64,000 nt of DNA from Antedon mediterranea (Eukaryota > Animalia > Echinodermata), in NCBI RefSeq assembly GCF_964355755.1, contig NC_092679.1, forward strand, positions 22,179,432 through 22,243,431, given 5' to 3'. Made by a program: the position numbers and the translations under genes. Shown in pieces: positions 25,841 to 38,720 of the stretch. The notes below the pieces were generated by a model. It had not been told where the DNA came from and searched no databases. It was given only the letters and a program-made list of their open reading frames with translations. The stretch's first letter is position 1. The number at the start of each line of letters is the position of its first letter.

Positions 25841-28800
25841 TGTATTGCGTGCGGACAGTACAGTGTTTTTATAGACTTAATTCTTTTATTTCCTTTTAAC
25901 AGCTGATTTGCGTTTTTAATGGCAGTTAACAGTGACTGAAATGTTACAAAAATACATAATGTTATTTGTAATAATTAACCTGTTTACAAATACGTGACGA
26001 TTTCATCTAAGTCTTCTTTGAAGAAATTCTAAATAAACTAACAACATCAACATCATTAGCAGGATGTCGGAAGCAGAACAAGAACAAGAGGTATTTTGAA
26101 TGTAAATGTCTTACCGAACCTCTATATAGGGGACATTTTCAAGACCAAAACAAAAAGGCTGTGTAAAACATATATTTCCATTCGTCCATGTCTATAGGAC
26201 AGGTTTCCTTCTTAAAAAGGGGTGTCCCAGATGAAGGGTTCCATACTGTAGGCCTATTTATCAAAATCATCAGCGATGTGTACAACTTGCGACGACCGAC
26301 GACTTAGGTGTCTAGTCATGTTATCTTTGTGCGCATGCGGTGATGTTAGGACGTGTTTCCACTATCCCCATCTCGACACACCTTTGATGGTGTTTAGGGC
26401 CAGGCGACGACCTACGACATTAACTAATTAACCTAATTCGGTCGTCGTCGTCTAAAATCGAAAACTCCCTAATGTTGACGCTTGTACACGCGAAGCAGGT
26501 TGTGTGTGTGTGTGTTTGAAACAAGTCTTATTTACCCGGGTGATAATGCGCCAATGACGTCATCAAATTAAAGGGGTTGACCCAGAACATTTTAAACGAG
26601 AGAGTGGTAACATATATTAGTCCTTCGTAGTTTTTCAAAAATAGAACGAACATTCATTTTAGCTGCAAAGGGGGAAGCGCTCCCGCGCCTGAATAACAAG
26701 GGCCTGCATTTATTTGTTGCCGGCATACTGGAAACCTCTTTATTTAACTAAACCTTACACCATGTAGGCCTAAATGGTTTATTCCTTAGCAACAACTTTT
26801 AATATTGTCAAGTTAACTTCTTAGGGTCAATGAACGCAAAAGGAACCTGGATTTTATTACAATACTTCGAGTTTAATGCACGCGTGTAACATTCGTATGA
26901 CACGAGAGGACGTATGTGGCATTATTGTAATAATACCGTTCCGGGCAAGGACCAACTATAACTTGTACATCGGGTAAAACAAGTTTTGAAAATAAGTATA
27001 CACGCGAGTGCCACTCGTGATTTGCTCGCATGGGTTCACAACAGGTTACTTGTTTTACACAGAGACGGGCAAGATACGGTAGTTAGTAGAAATCAAGCTA
27101 ACACTCTCTGGTTATCGCGAACGACGCAGAATAGAAATGATTAATTCCATTTAGATTTCGAAATGTCACATAAATTAAGGAGATTCGAAACACATTTATT
27201 ATCATGTCTTTGAGTACAAAACCTCCAAGTACTTAACTGAGCATGCGTGCGCGTGTCGTCTGAAACCACTTGACATGATTTGCAGATGATTTTAAATTCG
27301 AATTGAAAATACTTCATTGAACAAGTTGAACTATGATATTGGTGTAGGTAATTAGGCCTACCGTACCTTCAAGTGTAAATATAAAGAGGTCGAGGGTTCG
27401 AGATTACGTGTTGGATCCCAAGGTGTAGGCTATGTGTGTGGGGTGAAGGGAGACGAGGTGTGGCGAGGGGGGGGGGGGGGGGGTTTGGAGAGGGGGAGGT
27501 AGAAATCCAACAAATAGACCTATCTCCTTTTGACAGACTTTTAATATTGTCAGAACTCTTTCGTTAAAAATCCTAAAGTTACGTTATAAACAATATGGTT
27601 TCTAATAAACTCTTTCCTTTAACAACATAAAACGCCGTCTAAATATGAATGAATAATCAATATTTGAAAGAAAAATCTAGGCCTAAATAGGCTTAAAACC
27701 TACAATACAATAGAACCAATTTCACTTGTCAAAGTCCGCACTACCTAATATAAAATTTACTAATAATAGTCCTATAATATAACAATAAATCTTACCTTAT
27801 ATTTCAATACATTTCCAAATATGGATAACGTGTATCATATCCAGCACAAGGACTATTTTATTGCAACTCCCGTCCGAATAAAGCACATGAAAAAAGTTTT
27901 AAAATATCATGGCGCGGCTGAAGTATTGCCTTAAGTTTGATATCGGTGTTAAAAAGTTAAGAATTAAACAACAAATGGCAGTGAAAATAGATAAATCACT
28001 CTCCAGGATGCTGTCTAATTAACACTCTTTGTTTTCAGACTTTATTTACAATCCGTTTCCAACAATAAAATGATTAATTTTCCTTCCCTGTTTTTCGGGA
28101 CGTCTTTTTCTGTGGAATGCGCGTCTTAATTTGAACGGAAATTAGAGCATCCTGCATGAGTCAAGCGTTTTAAAAAGATTTTTGAAAAAAAATAATAATA
28201 TAGATTATTGACAAATATTATAAAGTACATAATTATGATTATATGAATATTATTATATGATTATAACAACATTGAACACTAATAAACAAATCAAAATTAC
28301 AATACTGTATCGCAAAAATTATTAATAGCAATACCAGCCGATTCTTCTTGGTATTTATCTGGAGTTTGCCAGTATCATGGCAAATTCCATGATATAATGT
28401 CGCATGTGACGACGGTGTAACAGCACAGTTTTACAACATCTGGAATCGCGTGTAAAAATACACTTCAGTCTTGACCGTAAGCTAGGTTGTAAATGGCAAA
28501 AAAGGGGGTATTTTTTTTTGGAAAGGGGATTAAAACTATGCTGTATATTGTCGAATTAAAAAATAACAACAATATGTGTATCTTCATGGATGTGTGGGGG
28601 TGGGTGTTGGAGGTGACGAGTGATAAAGAAAGAAAGAATGAGAAAGGCTACTTCTAAATCCTTCGCAGAAGGCCGGCTATAGAAAGGACACAACGAAGAA
28701 AAATATATGATTTATTAACAATGAAAACAAGTCGATTGGCGCAACGATAATAACTGCGTCGGTTATTATTGAATTTAAGGTCGACTTAGCTAAGTCGGGC

Positions 28801-29410
28801 GAACAAATTAATTTACTTATTCCCGCCACTAATGCCATCTGCCCGTCTTCGTGACAAGAGGATATGATGATCATGCATGCATGGGTTGTTGATAAAGAAT
28901 ATTTTTTGTCGAAGTCCATGGAGGAAATCCTCCATGCGAAGTCCGAATGAAAAGGCCCCTCGTGCGTTGTATCCAAGCGTTTATTGTCATATTAGATGTT
29001 ATGGGGGGTGGGGGGGGGGGGGGGGAGGGTGGAAAGGAAATTCGTCCAATGAGGAAGGGGAAAACATATTTTAGTCAAACCATGAAATGTGCTTGAATAT
29101 AAATGATAAAGAATAAAGTAGCAAACGTGACCATTAAATTATCAGGCCTATAATAAATATTATATAACGATTATTTTATAGTGACTATATGCATTAGACT
29201 ACGTGCGCGGATCGGATGAACAATTATAATTTATGATATAATTGTGTAGGCTCCTTTGTAACCATTTTAATACAAATTTGATAATAAAATTCATGTAACC
29301 ATGGACGCTGAATATTGTATAAAATTATAACGCTAAGAAATCGATTGATGAACCGGGAAGAGGGAACAAAAACGATAGCGCCCTCATAAAATAAAATAAT
29401 CACAAAAAAC

Positions 29411-29598
29411 ATGGCTGCCCCCACTGTTACAAGTACAGCTGAAGATTTCTTTGAAAATATGTCTCTTCAGTCGATACATGACCTAAATATTTCACCGTGT
29501 CGATTCTTAGAATTAGTGTACATGGAAATTGAACTATTTGATATGAATGGGAAACGATATAAAGGTTGGGTACACACGGTTGACCCCGTTTCAAAAAG
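29411..29598 (+). CDS. GEMIN6: Gem-associated protein 6 (SMN complex), coding exon 1
   Basis: AACATGG start. Translation ...YKGWVHTVDPVSK resembles human YKGWVLTTDPVSA. Donor AAAG|gtaagc at 29598/29599 (phase 2). Confidence 0.93.
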
Positions 29599-31044
29599 GT
29601 AAGCTAGGCCTGGCATTTGCGCTGGTTGTGATGAGGTAGATCATCGCTCGCGGAGAAAATGCCGACGACGAGGTTTTCGTCGTTACACGTTTACTTTATG
29701 AAGTATTGAACAGTAATAATTTTACATTGAGTTAGGCCCATGCAGCATACATTACATACGTTTACATTGTGAAACTCTTGTTGTATGGGTGGCCCAGTTT
29801 TGCTAACTGCTGAGGAGAAGGAATTGATTCTGTGAAGTTGAAATACAGTTTGAGTGAGTAGGCTAGCCTAGCTAGGCCTAGGCCAAATTTTAATTAATAT
29901 GCAACATTCAACAAATACATCTCCACATATGCAATAATATGGCCAGTATCATAGGCAAATTCTGTAATACAGTGTCACATGCATCACATATGACGCCAGT
30001 ATTACGCTAAGGTTTGGGTTAGTTTATTGCATGTGATAAATGCGACACTGTCTGTATGACAGAATTTACCAGGATACTGCACAAACTATATATACAGTGA
30101 GAATCGGCTGCAATTAGACACACAGCAGACGTACTTGAGACTGCCTCAATTATACAAAGTCAATACAAAAACAACTACTAAAAATATAGTACGTCAGGCT
30201 ATACCCTGGTGTTAAAAACTAATTAGACATTGTTACATGTAGCTAATCTTAGTGATTAATTAGATGGCTAGTGCTGTGTCAGTGATATAGATATTGAAGT
30301 TTGATGACTCTCATGAGAGATCCGCTTATTGATTGGACACAGAAAAAACTCCATGAACCATGACCTCTAATCTATACATCGTTAACATGTAATTAAAACA
30401 ATTCTTTGTTGAAATATGATTTTATTCCCATAGTAGTTTAACATTGTATAGGATTTTGTGAGAATGGGAGAGTGGTGCTAAAAATACAGAAAAAAAACCT
30501 TTTAGCACCCTCCTATTCAGTGTGCAATACCTACTACTAAAGTGGACACTTTTCCATGGACTGAATTAAAGGCTTGTTTTAACACTTATGGCCATCTACT
30601 ATTCATGTGAACCTGTAACTTTGTTGGGGTCCTGAATGAATGTGTCCCATTAATTCAACTGTATTAGGTGGGGATGGGGGGGGGGGGGGATATTACTAAT
30701 TGATTATTTATTACTACTTATCAATATTGATATCAATTGATATCATACTGTATATCAGACGCAACAACAATCAGGTCTATTACAACATTTACATTCACCT
30801 GGGAATAGAACAGCCGACCTTATAATATATACAATGTATACAATGCATTTTGAACAAGTTTAAAATTAATAAAGTATAAAAAGCCCATGGAGGTATTTCC
30901 ATGATGAGCCGTATTAAATGGTAACACAATAGGCAACACCTATTCATAGGGGTATTATTTATTAAGGGGACCGTCCTTCAGGGCCCAAAAATTTGTGTCC
31001 TGTAGAGTGGTTCTACTGTAATTTTAATTTAGAGGTGTTCCTGC

Positions 31045-31160
31045 AAAGCTCTGTCTACACTATAGAACTTGTATGGTAGTGATATGAAATCATCCTGTCC
31101 ATATATGGGCACATTACATTTCTTTTTCACATAAAATTTGATAGTGTAGACAGAGCTTTA
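31045..31160. mobile_element. MITE family B (TIR AAGCTCTGTCTACACTATC)
   Basis: AAAGCTCTGTCTACACTATAG ... TTTGATAGTGTAGACAGAGCTTTA. Related copies lie at ~2980-3102, 38270-38720, 43105-43241, 43770-43929 and 47269-47435. Confidence 0.85.
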
Positions 31161-32157
31161 TAGAATTGCGTGTATTCTGTAGTTTTGTACCCCACCCTTG
31201 TTATTAAAGAAGTTCTCCTTCCTTGGTTGAAACAAAAGGAAAAAATGATCACAAGCTAGGTTAATTCTCAGACATGCCCAAGTCGCCCCGCCCCGCCCCG
31301 CCTCCCCCCTTGGTTCCATGCTTGGCAACCCCTACCAGTATGGCATCACATCTTTCTATTGCAGAAATGTATATGAAAGACATCAATAATGACATAGCAT
31401 TCATATTAATAAGCCTTCATCATATTAATAATACTCTTATTATTATCAACAGCATAAAACCAAACACCATCAATCAACCTGTCATTTGTCCTCCTATATG
31501 TTCATCTTTTATTCTGCTTTTAATTAGTCTCTTAATTAAGATTGCGAACATCAACATGATAATGATGAATTAGAAATTACCAAACATGGATTCATAATAA
31601 TATTTAAAGCCTTTTCATGTAATATTTTCGAGATGTTATCAGAATTTCAATGTGGTTTGATGAATGTATGTGCCTGTGGTGGTGATTTGACGCTGAAATT
31701 GCCCTGGATATGAATGAGTACAATTGATTGTTAGCCACAAGCAAAGCTGAGCTGAATGTGTTAATGTTCAGAAGACATACTGAATGGCACCCGATTCTCT
31801 GTAGGCCTACTGTATCTCCACATACTGTATGGCATGTATCATAGACAAATTCTGTAATACAGTGTTACAGTATGTTAAGTTTATGGTTATGCTTATGACC
31901 TATGATACAGGCATCACATGTGATACACATACTGTACAAATTACAATACTGAGAATTGGCTATGTATTGTATGAAATTGTCTAGCTCAATTAAATTTGCT
32001 TAACATGCTGTGTGAGTATTTCTTGCTCAGCTAATCTTAATCTTATATTAAGAGTACAGTATTAGTGACTGTATTGTATTCCTCAGCTAAATTTAAATAA
32101 ATTTGCATAAATTATTATTTTTCTATGTGCATCATGTTCTTTTATTTTTCTCGACAG

Positions 32158-32539
32158 CATTGTCCTAGTCGAATTTGGAGAGGTACCGGCTGTTCAGGTG
32201 ATCATGGGACACGCCCTAAAAAACTTGCGCATTTTGAACGCTGATAAAACAATAAAAAAAAAATTTTTGGACAGTTTATTTCGAATAAATAACGCAAGTG
32301 GGTATACAAAGGATAATCTTATCAAAACAAAGAATGCGGTTCGACATTGGCTGGAGAAGAATCGTATTCCTGTTGGACTTACTGGCGAAAATGGAGAGAA
32401 TTTAACGGTTTCAAATGCGTTGTTTATTGTGGCGCCGTATCGACCGGAGGATTGTATAAGCACGAATGAAATAATTTTAGATAGAGTACAAGCCTTATTA
32501 AGGTCGAGGCCGTCTGCGGATGCAACAGTTGTTGCTTAG
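32158..32539 (+). CDS. GEMIN6: Gem-associated protein 6, coding exon 2
   Basis: Acceptor tttttctcgacag|C completes Ser. SIVLVEF...VIMGHA...WLEKNRIPV...PYRPEDCISTNEIILDRVQAL matches GEMIN6 (human WLEKNHIP...PYGPENCSSSNEIILSRVQDL). Spliced length is 189 aa. Confidence 0.95.
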
Positions 32540-34574
32540 TAACAACACAACTTAACAACAGCATGACAATTATTTATATGATAAACAGCAATAAACTTTA
32601 TTGCATTTGGATAATCAATAGAGATAGTAATCATACAGCACATTTACATATGCATTCCAATATTATAATTACTATAGTTTTGCAAATAAATGTATTATAC
32701 TTTTTGCATTTTTGTTTAAACAAACTTATTTAATTTAAGAGTGTCGTTTTGAATTAGGGGGCGGGCGAACTAGGCGTTTGCAAGAAGACATGTTTTTCTG
32801 GCATTACAGTACATGTTTATTTTCTCTTGGCAAAAACAGACCCTTATAATAACAATGTTAAACAAAATTTTAAAAAGATAAAGACAGGTCTAATTCACTT
32901 ATCAGGCCTATGTTATTGACCACTCCTAATCTGACCACTGGTACAGTACTGACCACGCCTAATATTACTGACCGAAAGTGATGACAATGATGCCTAATAT
33001 TGAGCCTGAACATGCCTAATATTACTGACCAGAAGTGATGATAATGATACCTACTACTGATCCTAGATTAAATGATGGGACTATATCCGACTGTCCGAGT
33101 ATGAGATTCTTATTATTTCACCATGGTATTCTTATTATTGCTATTATTATTTTGTATATTATTATTTTTTAATGATAATAATCCATTTATATTTGGTGTA
33201 TTTTATTGCCATCATCAATAATATCAGTTTTTATATGGTGTGAAGAAAAAAAAATCTATTTTTGGTTTGTTTGACTATAAATATAATGCGTTTATTGTGG
33301 AGTTATAAAACAGAAACAAATCAAAGCGTAACTCTAATACATAAATAATTCCCAAACTGTTACGCAACATTTAGTTCACCAACAATACATTCAAATTATG
33401 TGATGGTTTTATTGTATTGGATTCTGTGAACTTGCAATTATTCCGTTTCATCGTTTGGTTCTGGAATAATACTTATCAGCCGTTACGATTTCTAACGAGA
33501 CAGTTCGTCCCAAGGGCCTACAATAGTAGATGAAGTACCATAAAAACGGCTTAAATTTAATGTTCAGCTTCGCACGAAAGCCACTCAATAAACCATCATT
33601 CGTAATGACTCCCAATAATTATTGATTTTGTTTTACGATACTGAGACTTTAAAAACTGTAATTAGAAGAAAGTTAAATTGAATGGAATTCACGTATCAAG
33701 CGTTGATAACGATGATTTTACAATAAGGATGGATATAGAACAATCGACGCCTGCAGGTAATAATGCCCGCAACAATAGAATTCTGATAATTATTTAGCAA
33801 AATGGTTATCAATTGCTTTGTTGTTTTGTATGCACGATAACGTCCACAGTTTTCTATTTATATAGATATATGACCATACATTGACTATATTAATGTCTGT
33901 AAAACTGTATATGAACATTGGATATTTCATTAATTTTAATTTATTTGTATAGCGCTTTCCACAGTGTGGCGAAAAATAAACAACAATAAGTTATTTTAAA
34001 CCAAAAAAAATCTATTTTGGAACTTTGGCTAAACACAAATTACACAAAGTGCTATATCACAAAACAAATCGTAAGAAATAGAAAGGATATGTATAGCTCT
34101 TAAACAAAGATCATCTCATTATCAAATGTGTTTGGAGAGTAAATAGTAATTATACAGTGTTAACAAATTAAATTAAGAATATTCCAGGAAAGTTGCAAAT
34201 ATCAAAGTAGAAAAATATTAAATTCTATTCATGTTGTGATAACTAAAAAATTCTTACTAGCAAACAAAATAAAATTTGTTCAAACGATTATCTAATGAGT
34301 GTGTCAAAAATAAATTTATTTTTAGGCCTGAAATAAATATTCTGTCAATTGGAATGTATGCTAATAATAAACACAATACTAACAAATTCTTGTTTAAATA
34401 GAAACAAAAATATTATTAATGGAAAGTATCTGTTTATGTAATTACAGGCTGTTGTGAATTGTGAAAACAGTCTTTTTTAAAATATCCTTTTAAAAACCAA
34501 TTACAAGATTGAATTAAAACACCAACTAGTATTTTAATGACAACATTATTTTCCTGTGCAGTTACTGCAGTAAC

Positions 34575-34825
34575 ATTATATAATATAAGCACAGGAACAA
34601 TTCTGAACCACTCGGTGATATACTGAAAATATATATTTGAAACGATGAGATGAGGAAAATGCGACAATGGGAAAGTCGTCCCAACAAAGATTCGAATATA
34701 TATATAAACATCACAGGCAAAGAATAAATTTTAAACCGCCCGGTGATATTCTGAAATTTAAAATTAATTGATTTGAAATGATAAAGATAAGGAAATCTGT
34801 GAGAATGAGAAAAAGTCTCCCCAAT
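34575..34825 (-). mobile_element. two tandem truncated copies of the tRNA-linked repeat seen at 54229-54428
   Basis: Shares AAACCGCCCGGTGATAT.CTGAAATTT...TGATAAAGATAAGGAAATCTGTGAGAATGAGAAAAAGTC.CCCCAA with 54275-54365. Confidence 0.75.
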
Positions 34826-35419
34826 ATACAAACAAGCCAGTTTTAAGTACTTCTCGGAGAAGACTTTTTCCACCACCAGAACAATAGTGGAATGTCTTGT
34901 ATATGTATGGTTTTCAGCACCCTTGCCTTTAAACCACTCACCTACTCGATTTAACATTCGATATTAAAACTTATCTAGATATGAATCTACACTATCACTG
35001 TTGATCAAACCATGGAGTAATACTCTATGATCAAACTTACATTTTATCTGTCAACAGATGGATAACTTCCATAATAAGATTAGTATAAACCAATCAATTT
35101 ATAAATTACAAATGAGATTTCATGCGAGTGACGTAAATCAGATCAGATATGTTTGTTATTTATTAATCATTGTTATAAAAGAGAGTGAAAATTCACTCTT
35201 GAAAACTCAACATGACAGAATCGTTCTTTCCTGATCCAAGTTGTTTTATTTATTCAAATACAATTTACTGTCCACTAAACTAAAAGCAAATTTTATGCAG
35301 AAAACCAAGTAGTTTTGATTTTAACTTTCTTTTACGATGTTAAAGTTTGGCGAGTTTCTAACCCCCTTTTTCAAAAAATTATAACGCCGCTGGTTTGTCA
35401 ACAGCTTGGTGTCAACAAC

Positions 35420-35715
35420 ATAACAATCTCATGAATTTACTAGAATGTGTCATTAGTCCTCAGTCGATTATGGATTATGCCCTCTACAGACCCACGATGC
35501 AGCGCCTACCACGATCATCACACTGGGAGAGGATAATTCCCTCCTCTTTCTGAATAAAGTATCAAGTTCTTTATCATGTACATTTTATTGACGTAGGACC
35601 AACAGCTTGAAATCTCATCAGAAGGATGAGGCAAAGAGAGTAAACCATCATACCTAAATACAAACGATATGGTACAGACAGGTCTCGAGTTCTTGCCATT
35701 GCATGCTCTAGGCCT
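35420..35715 (-). mobile_element. SINE with Deu-domain-like core
   Basis: The - strand reads TTCTGATGAGATTTCAAGCTGTTGGTCCTAC...TAAAGAACTTGATACTTTATTCAGAAAGAGGAGGG. This resembles the DeuSINE central domain as recalled (TTCGGATGAGAC..AAACCG.GGTCC...TAAAGA.CCC.TGGCACT...AAGAG.AGGGG); it was not aligned computationally. Confidence 0.5.
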
Positions 35716-36464
35716 ACTATATTGGACAAAAAAAACTTTAACTTATATTCCCAGTTTCCTGGACTTCCAGCATTCTCACTCCTTTGGACAATCAAAGCAT
35801 ATTTGAAATTTCGAGAAACTCAACAGTTCTTTTCAGAAATACAGTATATATACCGCAAACTTTATATAAAATAAACTTGCTTACCTTAAATTGGACATGC
35901 ATCTGGAACAATCCTTGTCTTCTGTGGACATCAATTCTTATAAATACGATGGAAATGATCTAATTGTGAGTGCACTACATGCAATACTAAGTGACTAAAG
36001 TAACTTGTTTTCTTGAGTTCTTGACCCCTAAATCCAGAATGAAGACACAACAAGATTTGATAGTTACATGCCCCAAATAAACTTTATTTCTTAGAATATT
36101 ATAATCAATACATTGTAGAAAATATTATTTTAAATGGCGAATTCAAAATGGAAGACTACGATTGGATGAATTACCTGGTTCGGTGTCAAAATTTGACTAT
36201 GCGAATGTTTGTTTGACTTTTATACTGCAATTACTGCAGTAATTTTAATATTAAAGCAACATTTATTATTATAAGTATTATTTTGTTCAATTATATAGTT
36301 TAAGGTATATCTTTGGAATGTGCACCATAAAACATATTTTAGTATTTTTAGAAATATTTTATCATAACTTAGTTTGCACTGTATAATGTCATTTAACTAA
36401 ATTTAATTTAATTTGAAAATTAATAAAAAAGATTCAGATGGCTTGGTTAAGTAGTTTCATTTTG

Positions 36465-37110
36465 CTGACATCAATTTCATCATCTTACATCAAGACTGTT
36501 CTCCAACATCAATAGCATCTGCTGACATCAAGACTGTTCTCCAACATCAATAGCATCCGCTGACATCAGGACTGTTCTCCAACATCAATAGCATCCGCTG
36601 ACATCAGCAGTACTGGACATCAGGACTGTTCTCTAACATCAATGGCATCCACTGACATCAAGACAGGTCTCTGATATCACAGACATCCACTGACATCAAG
36701 ACTGTTCTCTAACATCAATGGCATCCACTGACATCAAGACTGTTCTCTAACATCAATAGCATCAATCAATCGTTCGATTTATATAGCGCCATTCCAACAT
36801 TCATTGCTCATGGCGCTGTAAAAAAAAAATCAGAAAAGGCGAGTTTTGGGTAGTGACTTAAAGTGACTAAATAATAATGATGTGTGTTTAATGTTCAAGG
36901 GTAGGTGGTTCCAGAGCCTAGGTCCAGCAACACTGAAAGTCCGATCTCCCCAACTATGTTTGCTCCTTGGAATGTCCAGTAGCACCTGATGACTAGATCA
37001 AGACTGTTCTCTAAAAACATCAATAGCATCCGCTGACATCAAGACTGTTCTCTAACATCAATGGCATCTGCTGACATCAAGACTGTTTTGTAACATCAAG
37101 GGCATCTTGC
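36465..37110. repeat. 38-bp tandem repeat just downstream of the DHX57 stop codon
   Basis: Unit TGACATCAAGACTGTTCTCCAACATCAATAGCATCCGC (starts at 36523, 36561, ...). There are ~10 copies, interrupted by an L2 fragment. Confidence 0.9.
36762..36997 (-). mobile_element. L2-type LINE 3' end
   Basis: The - strand encodes SSHQVLLDIPRSKHSWGDRTFSVAGPRLWNHLPLNIK...FKSLPKTRLF*, typical of an L2 ORF2 C-terminus. It is followed by a short 3' UTR with an AGCGCCAT...ATGGCGCT stem and an (ATTG)n tail. Confidence 0.85.
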
Positions 37111-37226
37111 TGTCACCAAGACCTCAAGACAGTACTTCAAGTTGGTTCTCAAGCACCAAGGCCATTCTCACAGACAACATGACCATTCCAAGACATCATG
37201 CCATACTCTGACACCACGGAAACCGA

Positions 37227-37370
37227 TCATTGGGTGGTTATGAGTTGTACAATGGCAGCAATGATTCGACTTCCTCTTGGACACGTCATCAAGTCTAGAC
37301 TGGGATCCTCAATTTTATCGGTCATCAGAAGATCAAGCTCAGAACGCAACTCTTTTATCATTTCACCAAC
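37227..37370 (-). CDS. DHX57: DEAH-box RNA helicase DHX57, last coding exon
   Basis: Acceptor ttttttccag|GTT. VGEMIKELRSELDLLMTDKIEDPSLDLMTCPRGSRIIAAIVQLITTQ* matches the human DHX57 C-terminus (…DLCTCPRGSRIISTIVKLVTTQ). Confidence 0.95.
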   Translation of the reverse strand, partial: VGEMIKELRSELDLLMTDKIEDPSLDLMTCPRGSRIIAAIVQLITTQ

Positions 37371-38197
37371 CTGGAAAAAACAATTTTTGTGTATAGTTTT
37401 AGTAAGTCAGCATAAAGAGTTAGGGTTAGGGTTAGCGTTACACGTATGTTCTAGTGAGACTCTGGGATAAGAATACGTTACGAATAGTTTATGCATTTAC
37501 ATAAACACTGACATGCATCTTTACATACAGTACGCTATTGCCAATATATGAGCATAAATCATGCATGTACAGTACATAATTTTTATTTCAGCAAAGAACA
37601 ACCATGTGTTGATCTGGGCCTCCATGGTTCTAGGTTAAATGAAGTTGAATTGAGAAGAATGCATTTGATGAGCAGAATCTCTGCTGCGAACTGTGTCTCA
37701 CTGTGACCATAACATTCTGAATTGCGCACAGTTCATAAATTGTTCATTCATTATTAATAATATGTTAAAAAATGTCACCTCCCATTAGTTGACACGCATT
37801 GAATGAATAGCGGTGTGGGACCATGAGACTTTAGCAATCCTAGCGTATTCAAAGAAGTACTGTATACCTACATTACAATCTATGTAAATCCACTCTCATA
37901 AAACAACTTATTATAAGAAACTCTATCATCACACCCGTGCAATAATCGTCACCAATATTCCATCACTCCAAAAAAAGGGTCAACATAATCACATCACTTC
38001 TGCAATCTTGTTGCCAAAATTATTTTCAATAATATCATTCAGAGTTCAATGCAGATTGTCGCCGCGGTTGTTGTCATGTCAACAGCATAATGTTTATCAG
38101 ATAATAAATCTATTAAAATGTCACCAAGTATCAGCTACATAAGCATTTACTGAGTCAGTTAGGAGTCAACATACAGTACAGTACAGTTTATTAGGGA

Positions 38198-38720
38198 TCA
38201 TGTCAAAATTATTCTACTGCAGCTACTGCAGTAACTACATTTTTTCTGCAATATCACACATACATTTAAGTTCTGTCTCTGTGTCACTATCAAACTTAAT
38301 GTGAAAAAAAATGATGATGTCATATCACTACCATATTTAAGCATTTGGGACCATGTCAAAATTATTCTACTGCAGTTACTGCAGTAACTACATTTTGTTC
38401 TGCAATTAACATCCAAATTAAATATCTCTTTACACTATCACACTTTATGTGACAACAAAATGTGATGTGCACATATATGGACATGATGATGTCATATCAC
38501 TACCATATTAATTTAAGCATTAGTGATCATGTCAAAATTATTCTACTGCAGTTATTGCAGTAACTATATTTTTTCTGCAATAACATACAAATTTAACATC
38601 TGTCTACACTATCACACTTTATGTGATGTGCCCATGGATATAATGATGTCATATCACTACCATATTTGTGCACATCACGCATTGTTGTCAAACTAATTTG
38701 ATAGTGTAGACCGAGCTTTT
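38198..38720. mobile_element. tandemly rearranged MITE family B fragments
   Basis: Three recurrences of CATGTCAAAATTATTCTACTGCAG...ACACTATCA.ACTT.ATGTGA...GATGATGTCATATCACTACCATATTT, ending in TTTGATAGTGTAGACCGAGCTTT. Confidence 0.75.

Noticed and set aside
27800-29100. NF-kB/IRF sites upstream of the Death-NHL gene
   Set aside because: Only partial matches (e.g. GAGGAAATCC), which are expected by chance.
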